A stretch of DNA of 43,773 nt from Pseudomonadota bacterium (GCA_039033735.1 JBCCCA010000001.1:1-43773); one strand, 5' to 3'; positions 1-9,228 are shown, counted from the stretch's first letter. Notes: a model not told the origin generated them from the letters alone. Program-made: numbers and translations.

Positions 1-313
1 CGCCTTCGTGATCTCGGGTGCGATTACCGGATTGGCGGGCGCGCTTTTTGCCGATCTCAATCGGTTCGTCAGCCCAACCATGTTCAGCTGGCAGCTATCA
101 GGCGAACTGATCATTCTGATTATCATTGGCGGTGTTGGCCGTTTGATGGGTCCTGTCATCGGTGCCGCGCTTTTCGTAGCGTTGGAGCATTGGCTTGGGG
201 GCCTGACCGAGTTCTGGCTGGTTTGGCTGGGTGTGATCTTGTTGCTGATCGTGCTTTTCGCGCGTGGCGGCGTCATTGGGCTTTTGACTGGGAAAGCGGG
301 GCCGCATGTCTGA
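1..313 (+). CDS. C-terminal fragment of a Liv/HAAT-family (LivM-like) ABC permease; the 5' end lies outside the window
   Basis: The reading frame is open to the window edge. The translation is hydrophobic and TM-rich (GELIILIIIGGVGRLMGPVIGAALFVALE), as in LivM C-termini. Its stop overlaps the start of the next ATPase gene. Confidence 0.8.
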   Translation, partial: AFVISGAITGLAGALFADLNRFVSPTMFSWQLSGELIILIIIGGVGRLMGPVIGAALFVALEHWLGGLTEFWLVWLGVILLLIVLFARGGVIGLLTGKAGPHV

Positions 314-1055
314 ACCGGTGATGGCCACGCATGGATTGAAGAAGGCATTTGGTGCGTTGGTTGCAACCGATGACGTGTCTATTGATCTGCGCTTGGGCGA
401 GATCCATGCCATCATTGGCCCGAACGGCGCCGGTAAATCCACGCTAATTGCACAGATTTGCGGAAGCCTTGCGCCGGATGCCGGACGGGTTCTGTTTCAA
501 GGTCAGGACGTAACGGACCTTTCCACATCCCAGCGGGCGCGACTGGGACTTGGGCGAACCTTTCAGGTGTCGCAACTGGCGATGGAGGACACAGTTCTTG
601 AGAACGCACTGCTTGGTGCAATCGGAGCCATTGGGCGGTCATGGAGCATATTTCGGCCAGCAACCCGCGACAAAGATCTGAATGATCGTGCGCTTGCTGC
701 TTTGGGGCATGTGGGGCTGGCGGAACTTGCCGATGTGCGCTGCTCTGACCTGTCCCATGGACAGCGGCGTCAACTTGAAGTCGCCGTCGCCCTGACGCTG
801 CACCCGAAGGCCTTTGTGATGGATGAACCGATGGCAGGCCTCGGGGCGGACGGTTCAAAACAAATGACCGAATTTCTGGACGGTCTTCGAACCGAGGCGC
901 CCATTTTGCTGGTGGAACACGATATGGACGCCGTGTTTGCCTTGGCCGACCGGATCACCGTGCTTGTTTATGGGCGTGTCATCGCAACGGGTACCGTTGA
1001 TGAAATCAGGAACGCGCCTGATGTTCGGGTGGCATATTTGGGGGCGGGGGGATGA
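306..1055 (+). CDS. Branched-chain-amino-acid-type ABC transporter ATP-binding protein (LivG-like)
   Basis: Walker A GPNGAGKST, signature LSHGQRRQLEVA and Walker B FVMDEPMAGL are present. The gene overlaps its neighbours at both ends. Confidence 0.9.
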   Translation: MSEPVMATHGLKKAFGALVATDDVSIDLRLGEIHAIIGPNGAGKSTLIAQICGSLAPDAGRVLFQGQDVTDLSTSQRARLGLGRTFQVSQLAMEDTVLENALLGAIGAIGRSWSIFRPATRDKDLNDRALAALGHVGLAELADVRCSDLSHGQRRQLEVAVALTLHPKAFVMDEPMAGLGADGSKQMTEFLDGLRTEAPILLVEHDMDAVFALADRITVLVYGRVIATGTVDEIRNAPDVRVAYLGAGG

Positions 1056-1738
1056 GCTTGCTTCGTATCCAGGGCCTCACGGCGTCGTATGGAAGTGCGC
1101 AGGCATTGTTCGATGTGAACCTGACGGTTCAAACGGGTGAGGTGGTTGCGCTTATGGGGCGCAACGGTATGGGGAAGACGACCACGGTGCGGGCGATCTG
1201 TCGGATGATGGCGTCCGAAGGGACCCTGAGTTTTGAAGACCAATCCCTCCACTCTTTGCCAAGCCACAGGGTTGGACGGCTTGGAGTTGGTCTGGTTCCG
1301 GAAGGGCGGCGGTGTTTTCGTGACCTGACTGTTCGAGAAAACCTCGTGGCTGCTGCGCGACCGGGCGATTGGACACTGACGCGCGTTGGAGCGCTATTCC
1401 CCCGCCTGTCCGAACGCGCGCAGCAAAAGGCGGCCAGCCTGTCCGGGGGCGAACAACAAATGCTAGCGATTGGTCGCGCCTTGATGACCAACCCGAAATT
1501 GCTTGTGTTGGACGAGGCGACCGAAGGGCTTGCGCCTGTTGTGCGTCAGGAAATCTGGGCCGCGATCACCCGTTTGAAGGAAACGACGGGGGTAGCGATC
1601 TTGTTGATTGACAAGTCAGTGGCAGAACTGTCCCGGGTGGCGGATCGCGGCGTCATTCTGGAACGCGGCGCAACGGTATGGAATGGCGCCATGCAGACGC
1701 TAACGCCAGAGATTTCCAAACGATACATCGGCGTCTGA
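1052..1738 (+). CDS. Branched-chain-amino-acid-type ABC transporter ATP-binding protein (LivF-like)
   Basis: Walker A GRNGMGKTT, signature LSGGEQQMLAIGRAL and Walker B LLVLDEATEGLAP are present. ATGA start/stop overlap with the upstream ATPase. Confidence 0.9.
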   Translation: MSLLRIQGLTASYGSAQALFDVNLTVQTGEVVALMGRNGMGKTTTVRAICRMMASEGTLSFEDQSLHSLPSHRVGRLGVGLVPEGRRCFRDLTVRENLVAAARPGDWTLTRVGALFPRLSERAQQKAASLSGGEQQMLAIGRALMTNPKLLVLDEATEGLAPVVRQEIWAAITRLKETTGVAILLIDKSVAELSRVADRGVILERGATVWNGAMQTLTPEISKRYIGV

Positions 1739-1790
1739 CGCAAAAAGAGCCGCGCCGAAGCGCGACCCCTCGTTTTCAACACTGCTCGGA

Positions 1791-2741
1791 TTATCCGTTG
1801 ATCCAGCCGTTTACGATGTCGGGGTTATCTTCAATCCACTCTTCAGCCACTTCCAGCGGATCGCGCTTGTTCTCGAACATTTCGACGATCCAGCCGTTGA
1901 TCTCATCGCCCGTGAACTGAACGTTTGACAGCATCTTGGCGACCGGCGGGTTGCGATCATAAAGCGATTTGGAGAAGGCGACGAAGACATCGTTCGGCGC
2001 AATCACGCAATCGAACTCCGAGATCTCAAGCCAGTTTTCGGCGTCAAGATCGACATCTTCGCAGCCGTCATAGCGATCGGGTTCGCTGACAATCGACAGG
2101 TCGTACTGCACATGCAACGCTTCCGGCGTCCAGTGATAGAAGAGTTGCGGCTGAGATGAAGCGTAAGCCGCAGCGAGGCCCGCCTTGAACGTATCGGCAG
2201 AAACGATGACCGGTTCCCAAAGACTGTCGAGGCCATAGGACTTGAACTTGATCTGCCAGCGCTTGGTCGACGCCCAGGTCACGTCGCCGGGCCAGTATTC
2301 GCCGAGCCCATCGCCATCGGTGTCGAACATGGCGGCAATCTCGGGGTTTTTCAGGTCTTCAATCGACGAAACCGTGTCGGCAAGATAGCTCGGCACATAC
2401 AGGTTCGACGTGCCCTGATAGGGCGTGTTCACGGCGATCGTCTCGTTGCCTTCGACATATTCATCCCACGCGGACTGCCAGTTCGGCATCCACATATCGG
2501 TGTGAATGTCGATAGAGCCATCGCCCTTGTCCATACCGGCATAGATCACGGGCTGCTGGTTCATGCCTTGCACGATTTCGGCTTCGGAGCCCATCGGGCC
2601 AGTGATGATCGCCTGCAGAACGTTGCCAATGGCGCGCGCGCCGTTCCAGCTGAGATCGCTGATCATAACCTTTTCCTGAGCCGACGCGGACCCGGCCACA
2701 AGCGTTGTCGCCAGTGCGGTTGCCGTGAGTAGTGATTTCAT
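1791..2741 (-). CDS. Glycine-betaine/quaternary-amine family periplasmic substrate-binding protein (ProX/OpuAC type; TmoX-like given the adjacent Tdm-type gene)
   Basis: The translation has a Sec signal (MKSLLTATALATTLVAGSASAQE) and Trp/Tyr-rich ProX-like content. I chose the internal ATG at 2741 because GGGAGAA lies about 6 nt upstream. The longest ORF extends to 2762. Confidence 0.8.
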   Translation of the reverse strand: MKSLLTATALATTLVAGSASAQEKVMISDLSWNGARAIGNVLQAIITGPMGSEAEIVQGMNQQPVIYAGMDKGDGSIDIHTDMWMPNWQSAWDEYVEGNETIAVNTPYQGTSNLYVPSYLADTVSSIEDLKNPEIAAMFDTDGDGLGEYWPGDVTWASTKRWQIKFKSYGLDSLWEPVIVSADTFKAGLAAAYASSQPQLFYHWTPEALHVQYDLSIVSEPDRYDGCEDVDLDAENWLEISEFDCVIAPNDVFVAFSKSLYDRNPPVAKMLSNVQFTGDEINGWIVEMFENKRDPLEVAEEWIEDNPDIVNGWING

Positions 2742-2773
2742 GACGTTTTCTCCCTGTGCCATGTTTTCTTGTG

Positions 2774-4600
2774 TCAGATCCGGCTGTACGACGCGCGGAT
2801 CCCTCTTAGGATGCGGTCAATCATCATCGCGACGAGTGCAATGGCGATCCCCGCGAGCAGGCCTTTCCCGGCCTGAGCATCCCCCAGCGAAGCGGTAACA
2901 AGCGCGCCCAGACCCTCGGCGCCGATGAACGCCGAAATCGTGGCCATCGAGAGCGCCAGCATGATGGTTTGGTTGAGCCCGGCCATAATCGACGGCACGG
3001 CCATCGGCAGTTCGACCTTTCTCAATAATTGTCGTTCCGAAGCGCCAAAAGCGAGAGCGGCTTCCTTGGTGCTCTCTGGCACTTGCCTGATCCCGAGCGC
3101 GGTCAGTTTCACCATCGGCGGGATCGCGAAGATCACGGTTGCCAAGACGGCGGGCGGTTGCGAAATGCCGAAGAAAGCTACTGCCGGGACCAGATATGAC
3201 AGCGACGGGATGGTCTGCATCACGTCAAGGATCGGCTCGGTGATAAATCGTGCGATCTTGTTCTTCGCCATCCAAACACCGGTCGGCAGCCCAACCAGCA
3301 CACAAATCGCTGTCGAAACCACGACCAGCGCCATGGTCTGCATCGCGATCTGCCAAAGTTCGAACACCGCCAGAAAAGCGAGCGATGATCCAACGAAAAG
3401 TGTTGTGCCGGGCCCGGTAAAGGCCCAGGCCAAGGCAATGAAGAGGAATGCAACGACCAGCCACGGCGTTTCCATAAAGGCCACTTCGACCCGGATCAGC
3501 GATTGTCGCAGGACATTTGTCGCGGCATCGAAGAATGCCGCATAAGACGCGCGAAGATAATTGATTCCGATATCAATTGATTCCGCCGTATAGGTGAAGA
3601 TGTTCACCGTCCGACCTTCAACTGGATCCTTTACCGTGCGTGTCAGTTTGGTGGCGCCCTCCCGTCCGGCCGCAATGGCCTCTTCGTCGGGCATGCGGCG
3701 ATAGCTCACGTCCTCGGGCGGTGCGATCCGAGCAAGCGTCGGGAAGTCGTCGATTAGGGCGCAATCGAAGCGATCCCGTGCCGAGATGTCCGAGAAGTTA
3801 TTCACCGTCCCGATTTGACGGTCCACATTTCGGATTTCACTTCGCAAGGCGCTGCGTTCCGCACGCTGCTCATCCGTCAGTGTCTCCAGCGCCTCGAGGG
3901 TGCCGCGGCGGGTCACAAGCTCGGAACGTGTAGTCTCCAGGATAGGCAAAAGGTCATTCGGCGTCGTCAAGCTATTGGCCGAGAGCAGCGCCTGCACGTC
4001 CTCGCCTGCGCGCATCTGATTGAAACACGCCCTTTCATCAAGGCGTTGCTGGGTCGCGCGATAGAAGGTCAGAGGGGCCACGATCAACATGATGGCGACC
4101 GCTATGCCGACCCGTTGCAGGCTGATGCCCGACGGCACGGCACGGTCAATCCTCCAGCGCGAATATTGTTTGTAGTACCACGGATTGGCAACCGATCCCA
4201 TCCACAGGCGACCCGCCAAAAGCACAACAGCGCCCGTCCAGCCAAAGGTCTGCATCCAACTTGAATACCTGGCGATCAGGGTGCTGTTAGCCGAAGGATC
4301 CAATTGCGCCTCGGCCAAAAGGGGGCCGTATTTCAGGAGCTGCAACAAACAAACGACCGCCAGGACGTCCAACGCGAGTGATACCCAGAACATCAGCCAA
4401 AGCCCGCGCCGGGCTGACCAAACCCAAGGGATCAACAGCGCCCAGACATTCATCGCCCAGAACGGCTGTTCGCCCTTCTGAATGCGTTCGAATTCCGCGC
4501 TGTAGTAGGAGGCCCCTTCGTCCACGAATGCACCAACGGCCACATCGCGTTCTTCAATCTGCCGATCTTCGGCTCCGCCTGCGATAGCTATTGTGCTCAT
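2774..4600 (-). CDS. Betaine-family ABC permease (ProW/OpuAB/TmoW-like core, C-terminal ~240 aa) with a ~370-aa N-terminal extension (DUF2628-like TM segment plus a predicted helical region)
   Basis: The C-terminal half carries the ProW-type EAA-loop region (ALGIRQVPESTKEAALAFGASERQLLRKVELP). The N-terminus has YYSAEFERIQKGEQPFWAMNVWALLIPWVWSARRGLW, which resembles DUF2628. The start overlaps the stop of the upstream ATPase gene. Confidence 0.8.
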   Translation of the reverse strand: MSTIAIAGGAEDRQIEERDVAVGAFVDEGASYYSAEFERIQKGEQPFWAMNVWALLIPWVWSARRGLWLMFWVSLALDVLAVVCLLQLLKYGPLLAEAQLDPSANSTLIARYSSWMQTFGWTGAVVLLAGRLWMGSVANPWYYKQYSRWRIDRAVPSGISLQRVGIAVAIMLIVAPLTFYRATQQRLDERACFNQMRAGEDVQALLSANSLTTPNDLLPILETTRSELVTRRGTLEALETLTDEQRAERSALRSEIRNVDRQIGTVNNFSDISARDRFDCALIDDFPTLARIAPPEDVSYRRMPDEEAIAAGREGATKLTRTVKDPVEGRTVNIFTYTAESIDIGINYLRASYAAFFDAATNVLRQSLIRVEVAFMETPWLVVAFLFIALAWAFTGPGTTLFVGSSLAFLAVFELWQIAMQTMALVVVSTAICVLVGLPTGVWMAKNKIARFITEPILDVMQTIPSLSYLVPAVAFFGISQPPAVLATVIFAIPPMVKLTALGIRQVPESTKEAALAFGASERQLLRKVELPMAVPSIMAGLNQTIMLALSMATISAFIGAEGLGALVTASLGDAQAGKGLLAGIAIALVAMMIDRILRGIRASYSRI

Positions 4601-5652
4601 GCGTTTGCGCCCCCTTGAATGCCCTGCAGCAGCGTTGATTTGTCGACTACGCCAACGATCCTTTCGTCGGCTTTGATCAAGACAGGCAGTTCGGCCTCGG
4701 TGCTGAGTTCAACCAGCGTGTCCAGGTCAACGTCTGGGTGTGCGACCGGGTGGTCGAGAGCGATGTCGACGGGACCCCGTTTTGCTTCATGTTCGTCCAA
4801 CGACACCATGATCTTGGCGGCAGACACCAATTTCAGACGTGAGATACCCGCAACAAAATCGGCGACGTAATCGTCGGCAGGGGCGGTCACGATATCCTCG
4901 GCCGTGCCGATCTGTACGATTTCCCCATCCTTCATGATCCCGATCCGATCCCCCATGCGAATGGCCTCGTCCAGGTCATGCGTGATGAAGACCGTTGTCT
5001 TCCTGAGGTTCTCGGACAAGCCAAGAAACTCGTCCTGAAGGTTCCGACGGATCAGCGGATCGAGCGCCGAGAAAGGCTCGTCCATCAATAGGATCTCTGG
5101 GTCGGCGGCCAAAGCCCGTGCCAAGCCCACGCGCTGTTGCATCCCGCCGGAAAGCTCGGCCGGCAAGCGGTCGCCATAACCGTGAAGCGAGACAGTCTCC
5201 AACGCCTTGTCGGCCAACTGCGCACGGTGATAGCCGTCCATCCCCCGAAGTTCGAGCGCGAAGCCGATATTGTCCCGGACGGACCGATGGGGCAGAAGCG
5301 CCATGTTCTGAAAGACCATGCCAATTCGGGTGGCGCGGGTGGCGCGAAGTTCTTCGTTGTTCATCGCACCAATGTCCTGACCCAGGATGCGGATGGTCCC
5401 GGCTGAGGGCTCGATTAGACGATTGATATGACGAACCAGCGTCGACTTGCCGGATCCTGAAAGCCCCATCAGGCAAAAGATTTCGCCTTCACTGACTGAA
5501 AAACTGGCATCTTTGACGCCGACAACCGATTGATATTGTTCAAGAACTTCGGCTTTCCCTAATCCTTCCTTGCGGATCGCCTCCATGGCTTCCGGCGCGC
5601 GGTCGCCAAAGACCTTCCAAACGCCTTCCAGTTCAACGACTGCGTCACTCAT
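4597..5652 (-). CDS. Betaine-family ABC transporter ATP-binding protein (ProV/OpuAA/TmoV-like) with a C-terminal CBS-type regulatory region
   Basis: Walker [10 protein letters not shown], signature [15 protein letters not shown] and Walker [13 protein letters not shown] are present, followed by a ~90-aa tail typical of ProV. Overlaps both flanking genes. Confidence 0.9.
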   Translation of the reverse strand: MSDAVVELEGVWKVFGDRAPEAMEAIRKEGLGKAEVLEQYQSVVGVKDASFSVSEGEIFCLMGLSGSGKSTLVRHINRLIEPSAGTIRILGQDIGAMNNEELRATRATRIGMVFQNMALLPHRSVRDNIGFALELRGMDGYHRAQLADKALETVSLHGYGDRLPAELSGGMQQRVGLARALAADPEILLMDEPFSALDPLIRRNLQDEFLGLSENLRKTTVFITHDLDEAIRMGDRIGIMKDGEIVQIGTAEDIVTAPADDYVADFVAGISRLKLVSAAKIMVSLDEHEAKRGPVDIALDHPVAHPDVDLDTLVELSTEAELPVLIKADERIVGVVDKSTLLQGIQGGANA

Positions 5653-7976
5653 GCGCGTGCCCTTTCGCGTTTAGGATCGTAAAACGGGATTGAGCACACG
5701 GTTGCGGTCAGCCGCTTCATGTGCCCGTCCATCTGGCCCACTTCCAGGACTGTCCCAAGCTCGGCTGTTTCGACCGAGAGCCGAGCCATGGCTATGGCCG
5801 TTTCGAACATCGGGGATCGTGTGGCCGAGGTGATGAAGCCGACTGGTCGCTCGCCCGAATAGACATGTGCGCCGTGCAGCGGCACGTCGTTGCACTCAAA
5901 CGTCAGGCCGCGCAAAACGCGACGCGGGTCGCGCGCATTTCGTTCCAAGGCCGCCTGCCCGATAAAACCTGACTTGCCGGGACTGATGGCAAAGCTTAAC
6001 CCAGCTTCATGCGCATCCACGCCTGGCGCGAATTCAGGTCGGGCGGCTAACCCCGCTTCGATGCGCAATATCTCAAGCGCGGCCGACCCCATCGGCGCAA
6101 TTCCGAACTCTTCCCCCGCGCCCATCACTGTATCCCACAGGCGCGTCGCGTCGGACGCCGCGCAAAACAGCTCGTATCCCAATTCTCCGGTGTATCCCGA
6201 GCGCGACAGCATGAACGGGATCCCATCCCGGTCGTTCAGCCGCGCGATTGTCACGCCGAACCATTTGACATCATCCAATGCGGGATGGGCGGGCTGTGTG
6301 AACACGATTTTGCGGAGCACATCGCGGGCGTGCGGCCCTTGAAGGGCCAAGTTGGGCAAGGCGCCGTCCATCGACATGATGCGGGCCTGTAAACCTTCTG
6401 CCTTCGCCAGCGTCTCAAGCGCGCGAGCGCTTTCTTCCGTGCCACAGCACCAGCGGAACAGGTCAGGTGCCAGACGAAACAGCGTTCCGTCATCGATGAC
6501 ACTGCCGGTGTCGTCGCACATCAAGGCATATGTGCCGCGCCAAACTGACAGGCGGGCGATGTCGCGTGTCATCGCGCGCTGCAAAAGCCGTTCCGCGTCG
6601 GGTCCGACAATGTCGTATTTCCGCAGCGATGACATGTCTTGTAGGGTCACGCGCTCGCGGCAGGCCCAGTATTCGCCAACTGTGCCAATGGACGGAAAGC
6701 TGACCGGGGCCCAAAGATCGCGGGCAGGGGCAAAATTGCTGGTCAGCTTTGCGGTCGCGTCATGAAACGCGCTTTCCTGACTGATCGACATCGGGGCGTC
6801 TTCCTTTTCCCGCCACGCAATCGCGCGTTGGAGTTTGGTCTCGGGGCGATAGATGCGCACATGGATATCTGTCGGGTTCCAACCATTGATTGGGTCCAGA
6901 TCATCCGGACATGCGGTTGAAACGCAGACCAGCCTTTCCATGGCTTCCAGCGCGACATAATCGCCGGGCCTCGAATAGCTTTCTTCGGTCATAAGCTGAT
7001 GATTTTGCTCATCAACCCATGTATTCCAGAAGAAATTGATTGCAGGCCAGGCGGGCCTTTTTTCGACCCCAAACGGGTCGAGCGCGTCCGAGATATTGTC
7101 TGAACAGTTCAAATGCCCCGGGAAGCCACGATCTTCGTAACCGCGGGCGGTGCAGGCAAGACCGAACGTGTCATGACGACCGCAGGTGTCTTGAAGGACC
7201 CGCATCATCGGGCTGAGTGAACTGTCAAAGAACTTGTTGAATAGACCCGGGCCCGGATAGGCCCCACGCACCATCGACCGGGTGGCGGTGCTGTCGATGG
7301 TCCGCTCGGTGCCCTGTTCCAGCATGTCGTGGCGAAGGGCCATGAAGTCCGAACATTGCTGGCCTTCGATGTCGATGATCTGCAAAATCTCACCCGGTGC
7401 CAGCTCATACGCTGTCGCTGTGCCACGGGTCACCGTGAACTCGTCCCGAATGTCGCCCAACGGTGGCGGCAGCAATGGCGCATTGCCAATCGCCGCCGGT
7501 TTGACGGCAACTTCGATGGCGCCGGTCGAGCCAGTTTGCGTCAGGTCCGCTGCGCTCAGCGGTTTGATGAGCCACAAAGTGCACGGCGCTTCGGCCTTGA
7601 GCACGGCCAGGTCTTCCAATGTAATAGCCACGGTGTGTAGCGGCATGTCGGCCGCGCCGCCGTTCCGCGTGATCCAGCCAAGCAGTGCGGCGCTGTCAAA
7701 AAGGTTTGGGGGCAGGGCTTCTGTCTCATCGGTAAGCCCAAGCAGCTCTGGTTGAAGTGTGCCGTTGGGACTGAACACCAGAAGACTGACGGATTGTTCG
7801 GCGGCACGTGGCAGCAGTGAGACCACGTCGCCCGGGTTCAAGTCACAGCGCAGTGCGCCACGCGGCGAAAGCCTTTGTCGGAAGGTATCAGATTTCGTCG
7901 GGAAACCAGGGAAGCGCCTGCCGTTTGCAGCACTTCCAACATTGTTGAAGCTATGAATGAGCCCCGTATTGAGCAC
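5649..7976 (-). CDS. tdm: DUF1989 domain fused to a GcvT-type aminomethyltransferase (tetrahydrofolate-binding) domain; this is the architecture of trimethylamine-N-oxide demethylase Tdm
   Basis: The N-terminal half carries DUF1989 motifs (IDIEGQQCSDF, CGRHDTFGLACT, PGDYVALEAMERLVCVSTACP). The C-terminal half carries GcvT motifs (LSRSGYTGELGYELF, RIEAGL). The start is uncertain: the longest ORF begins with GTG at 8015 and has no SD, while GTG at 7976 follows GAGG by 7 nt and does not overlap the upstream palindromic site. Confidence 0.65.
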   Translation of the reverse strand: MLNTGLIHSFNNVGSAANGRRFPGFPTKSDTFRQRLSPRGALRCDLNPGDVVSLLPRAAEQSVSLLVFSPNGTLQPELLGLTDETEALPPNLFDSAALLGWITRNGGAADMPLHTVAITLEDLAVLKAEAPCTLWLIKPLSAADLTQTGSTGAIEVAVKPAAIGNAPLLPPPLGDIRDEFTVTRGTATAYELAPGEILQIIDIEGQQCSDFMALRHDMLEQGTERTIDSTATRSMVRGAYPGPGLFNKFFDSSLSPMMRVLQDTCGRHDTFGLACTARGYEDRGFPGHLNCSDNISDALDPFGVEKRPAWPAINFFWNTWVDEQNHQLMTEESYSRPGDYVALEAMERLVCVSTACPDDLDPINGWNPTDIHVRIYRPETKLQRAIAWREKEDAPMSISQESAFHDATAKLTSNFAPARDLWAPVSFPSIGTVGEYWACRERVTLQDMSSLRKYDIVGPDAERLLQRAMTRDIARLSVWRGTYALMCDDTGSVIDDGTLFRLAPDLFRWCCGTEESARALETLAKAEGLQARIMSMDGALPNLALQGPHARDVLRKIVFTQPAHPALDDVKWFGVTIARLNDRDGIPFMLSRSGYTGELGYELFCAASDATRLWDTVMGAGEEFGIAPMGSAALEILRIEAGLAARPEFAPGVDAHEAGLSFAISPGKSGFIGQAALERNARDPRRVLRGLTFECNDVPLHGAHVYSGERPVGFITSATRSPMFETAIAMARLSVETAELGTVLEVGQMDGHMKRLTATVCSIPFYDPKRERARA

Positions 7977-8000
7977 TGAACCCCCTCGGCAAGATCCCAA

Positions 8001-8016
8001 TGTAACTAGTTTCACA
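8001..8016. promoter_or_regulatory. Imperfect palindromic site TGTAACTAGTTTCACA; candidate LacI-family operator (site 1)
   Basis: It shares the 11-nt string TGTAACTAGTT with the perfect palindrome 45 bp away. It lies in the divergent tdm-like/lacI-like intergenic region. Confidence 0.5.
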
Positions 8017-8045
8017 ACTGATAGACTGCGACTGTCAAGTATTAT

Positions 8046-8059
8046 TGTAACTAGTTACA
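8046..8059. promoter_or_regulatory. Perfect 14-bp palindrome TGTAACTAGTTACA; candidate LacI-family operator (site 2)
   Basis: The sequence is identical to its own reverse complement. It sits 21 nt upstream of the LacI-family gene ATG. TGTAAC/GTTACA half-sites resemble LacI/GalR-type operators. Confidence 0.6.
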
Positions 8060-8079
8060 GATGTTCTTACACTCGCTGC

Positions 8080-9147
8080 ATGAATTCTAGGCGCGATAAG
8101 AAAAGAGCGAACCTGCGCGACGTGGCAAGGGCTGCAAATGTCTCGGTCGCGACGGTCTCGAGAGTGTTGAATTCGCCTGCAATCGTTCAGCAGGACACGC
8201 GCCTTCGTGTCGAGACCGCAATTACCGAGTTGGGATTTCATCCAAGCGCGGCCGCGCGCGCAATCAACAGTGGGCGCAGTAAAATATTCGGTGCTTTGAT
8301 CCCGTCGCTTGATAACGATACGTTTGCGCTGACAATCGAGGCGATCGAGCGTCGGCTGGGCCAGTTCGGGTTTTCCCTTGTCGTCGCAACCACCGCCGAG
8401 GTGCCTGAACAGGAGGTACAGCGCGCGAAGGAACTTTTGGACATCGGCGTCGAGGGGCTTTTCCTGCCGGGCATTTCTCATGAGGCAGCACTTTATGATT
8501 TGCTTGCACGGCGTCGTGTACCGGCGATTGCGATATCCTACTTTGATCCTGGGTTTTCCTATCCGACAATCGGATATGACAATCGCAAGGCCGCACGCCT
8601 GGCGCTTGATCACCTGTTTGAGTTAGGGCACCAGCGCATTGCAGTGGTTCATGGCCCCAAAATCCATAATGACCGTACGCGCGAGCGGATCGCCGGGGCT
8701 TCTGAACACCGGAAGGACGTTGCGCTCACCTTCCTCGAAACCGAGCTTTCGGTCGCTGGCGGTGCAACTGTGGTGGCGCAGGCGATGGCTGAGAAATGGT
8801 CATTTGATGCGTATCTGTGTGTTTCGGATGTACTGGCCTTTGGGGTCTTGTTCGAGCTGCAACGCTATGGTGTTGCCGTGCCGGATGTGGTGTCGGTCAT
8901 CGGTATCCACGATCTGCCAAGTTCCCAGATGACCACACCGCGCTTGTCGACTGTGCACTTGCCCGCCGAGGAAATGGGCCAGCATGCGGCAGAGGCGCTG
9001 GCGCAATGGGTGGAAGACGATGTCGTGCCGGATGCAGTGTGTTTTGAGTGCAAGCTTGTCGCCCGGGAAACCACCGCGCGCAAGACAGCCGTAACAAACA
9101 GCAAGAGCGCCTCTACGGCACCGAAGCATCCGACGAAAGACGCATGA
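8080..9147 (+). CDS. LacI-family transcriptional regulator
   Basis: An N-terminal HTH (ANLRDVARAANVSVATVSRVLN) is followed by a periplasmic-binding-protein-like effector domain. I chose the ATG at 8080 because the longer ORF from 7957 would run across the operator region. Confidence 0.85.
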   Translation: MNSRRDKKRANLRDVARAANVSVATVSRVLNSPAIVQQDTRLRVETAITELGFHPSAAARAINSGRSKIFGALIPSLDNDTFALTIEAIERRLGQFGFSLVVATTAEVPEQEVQRAKELLDIGVEGLFLPGISHEAALYDLLARRRVPAIAISYFDPGFSYPTIGYDNRKAARLALDHLFELGHQRIAVVHGPKIHNDRTRERIAGASEHRKDVALTFLETELSVAGGATVVAQAMAEKWSFDAYLCVSDVLAFGVLFELQRYGVAVPDVVSVIGIHDLPSSQMTTPRLSTVHLPAEEMGQHAAEALAQWVEDDVVPDAVCFECKLVARETTARKTAVTNSKSASTAPKHPTKDA

Positions 9148-9204
9148 CTTTGACGCCGGATTTTGCAATTATTCACACATTGATACTCACATCTGTTCAC
9201 TCCC

Positions 9205-9228
9205 GCGAGAGGGGTAGTCGCCCCTCGC
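9205..9228 (+). terminator. Possible hairpin/terminator downstream of the LacI-family gene
   Basis: GCGAG(A)GGG and CCCTCGC can form 8 bp with one bulge. The stem is followed by CCAATTT, which is only a weak U-tract. Confidence 0.3.

Noticed and set aside
1751-1764. CGCGC-CGAA-GCGCG hairpin between the convergent LivF-like and binding-protein genes, considered as a bidirectional terminator
   Set aside because: The stem is only 5 bp and the T-run is 7 nt away, which is too weak to call.
2925-3545. 206-aa plus-strand ORF inside the ProW-like permease gene
   Set aside because: It is antisense to a well-supported permease core and shows no SD or family features.
7957-8079. 5' extensions of the longest ORFs: LacI-family from 7957, PotD-like from 20765, PotA-like from 23607, LysR to 27883, binding protein from 28156, AraC from 32118, LivF fusion from 35951, flotillin from 38902
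   Set aside because: In each case an internal start has a good SD, or an ATGA/operon overlap, or begins exactly at a signal peptide or HTH. The extension would overlap the upstream gene or the operator sites.
8035-8613. 192-aa ORF antisense to the LacI-family gene
   Set aside because: The sense strand has a canonical HTH and effector domain, so this is an antisense shadow.
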